Shown: positions 63,992 through 64,000 of the stretch, piece by piece
Layout of the letters: the number at the start of each line of letters is the position of its first letter
Position numbering within the stretch: position 1 is the first letter of the stretch
Sequence record: MK327933.1
Reading direction: 5' to 3' (one strand)
Length of the DNA stretch: 64,000 nt
Source: Escherichia phage vB_EcoM_G2285
The notes under the pieces: model-generated
Seen by the model: the letters and a program-made list of their open reading frames with translations, nothing else
Told to the model about the DNA's origin: nothing
Databases searched by the model: none
Position numbers and translations under genes: made by a program

Positions 63992-64000
63992 AATGTTTCC

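Overview
This window is a contiguous piece of a T4-like (T-even, Tevenvirinae-type) lytic myophage genome, in T4 gene order from the 3' end of portal gene 20 to the start of rIIB. All protein identifications are by eye from the six-frame translations against remembered T4 proteins and conserved motifs; no database search was run. Plus strand: late structural genes 20-67-68-21-22-23-24, uvsW, baseplate genes 51-27-28-29-48-54, tail-fibre genes 34-35-36-37-38 and holin t. Minus strand: early/middle genes rnlB, hoc, inh, uvsY, 25, 26, alt, DNA ligase 30, rIII, 31, cd, pseT, spanins, alc, rnlA, denA, nrdB, nrdA, td, frd, 32, 59, 33, dsbA, rnh, asiA, motA, 52, ndd, denB and rIIB. Two group I introns are present: nrdB carries a full-length HNH endonuclease (I-TevIII-like) and td carries the GIY-YIG endonuclease I-TevI. 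Regulatory signals are classic T4: TATAAATA late promoters, GTTTAC-type early promoters and GC hairpins with CGAA/UUCG loops. The most unusual items relative to the T4 gene set as I remember it are (1) an AroG-type DAHP synthase gene between cd and pseT, (2) a perfect 55-bp tandem duplication that frameshifts the 3' end of the portal gene, (3) a promoter-equipped early gene where T4 has segD, and (4) several small or unassigned ORFs in the hyperplastic islands. The track assigns M to TTG/GTG starts, so some ORF starts are over-extended; I refined a few (alc, denB, the ORF below alt, intron exon boundaries). I saw no CRISPR array, tRNA gene or integrase.
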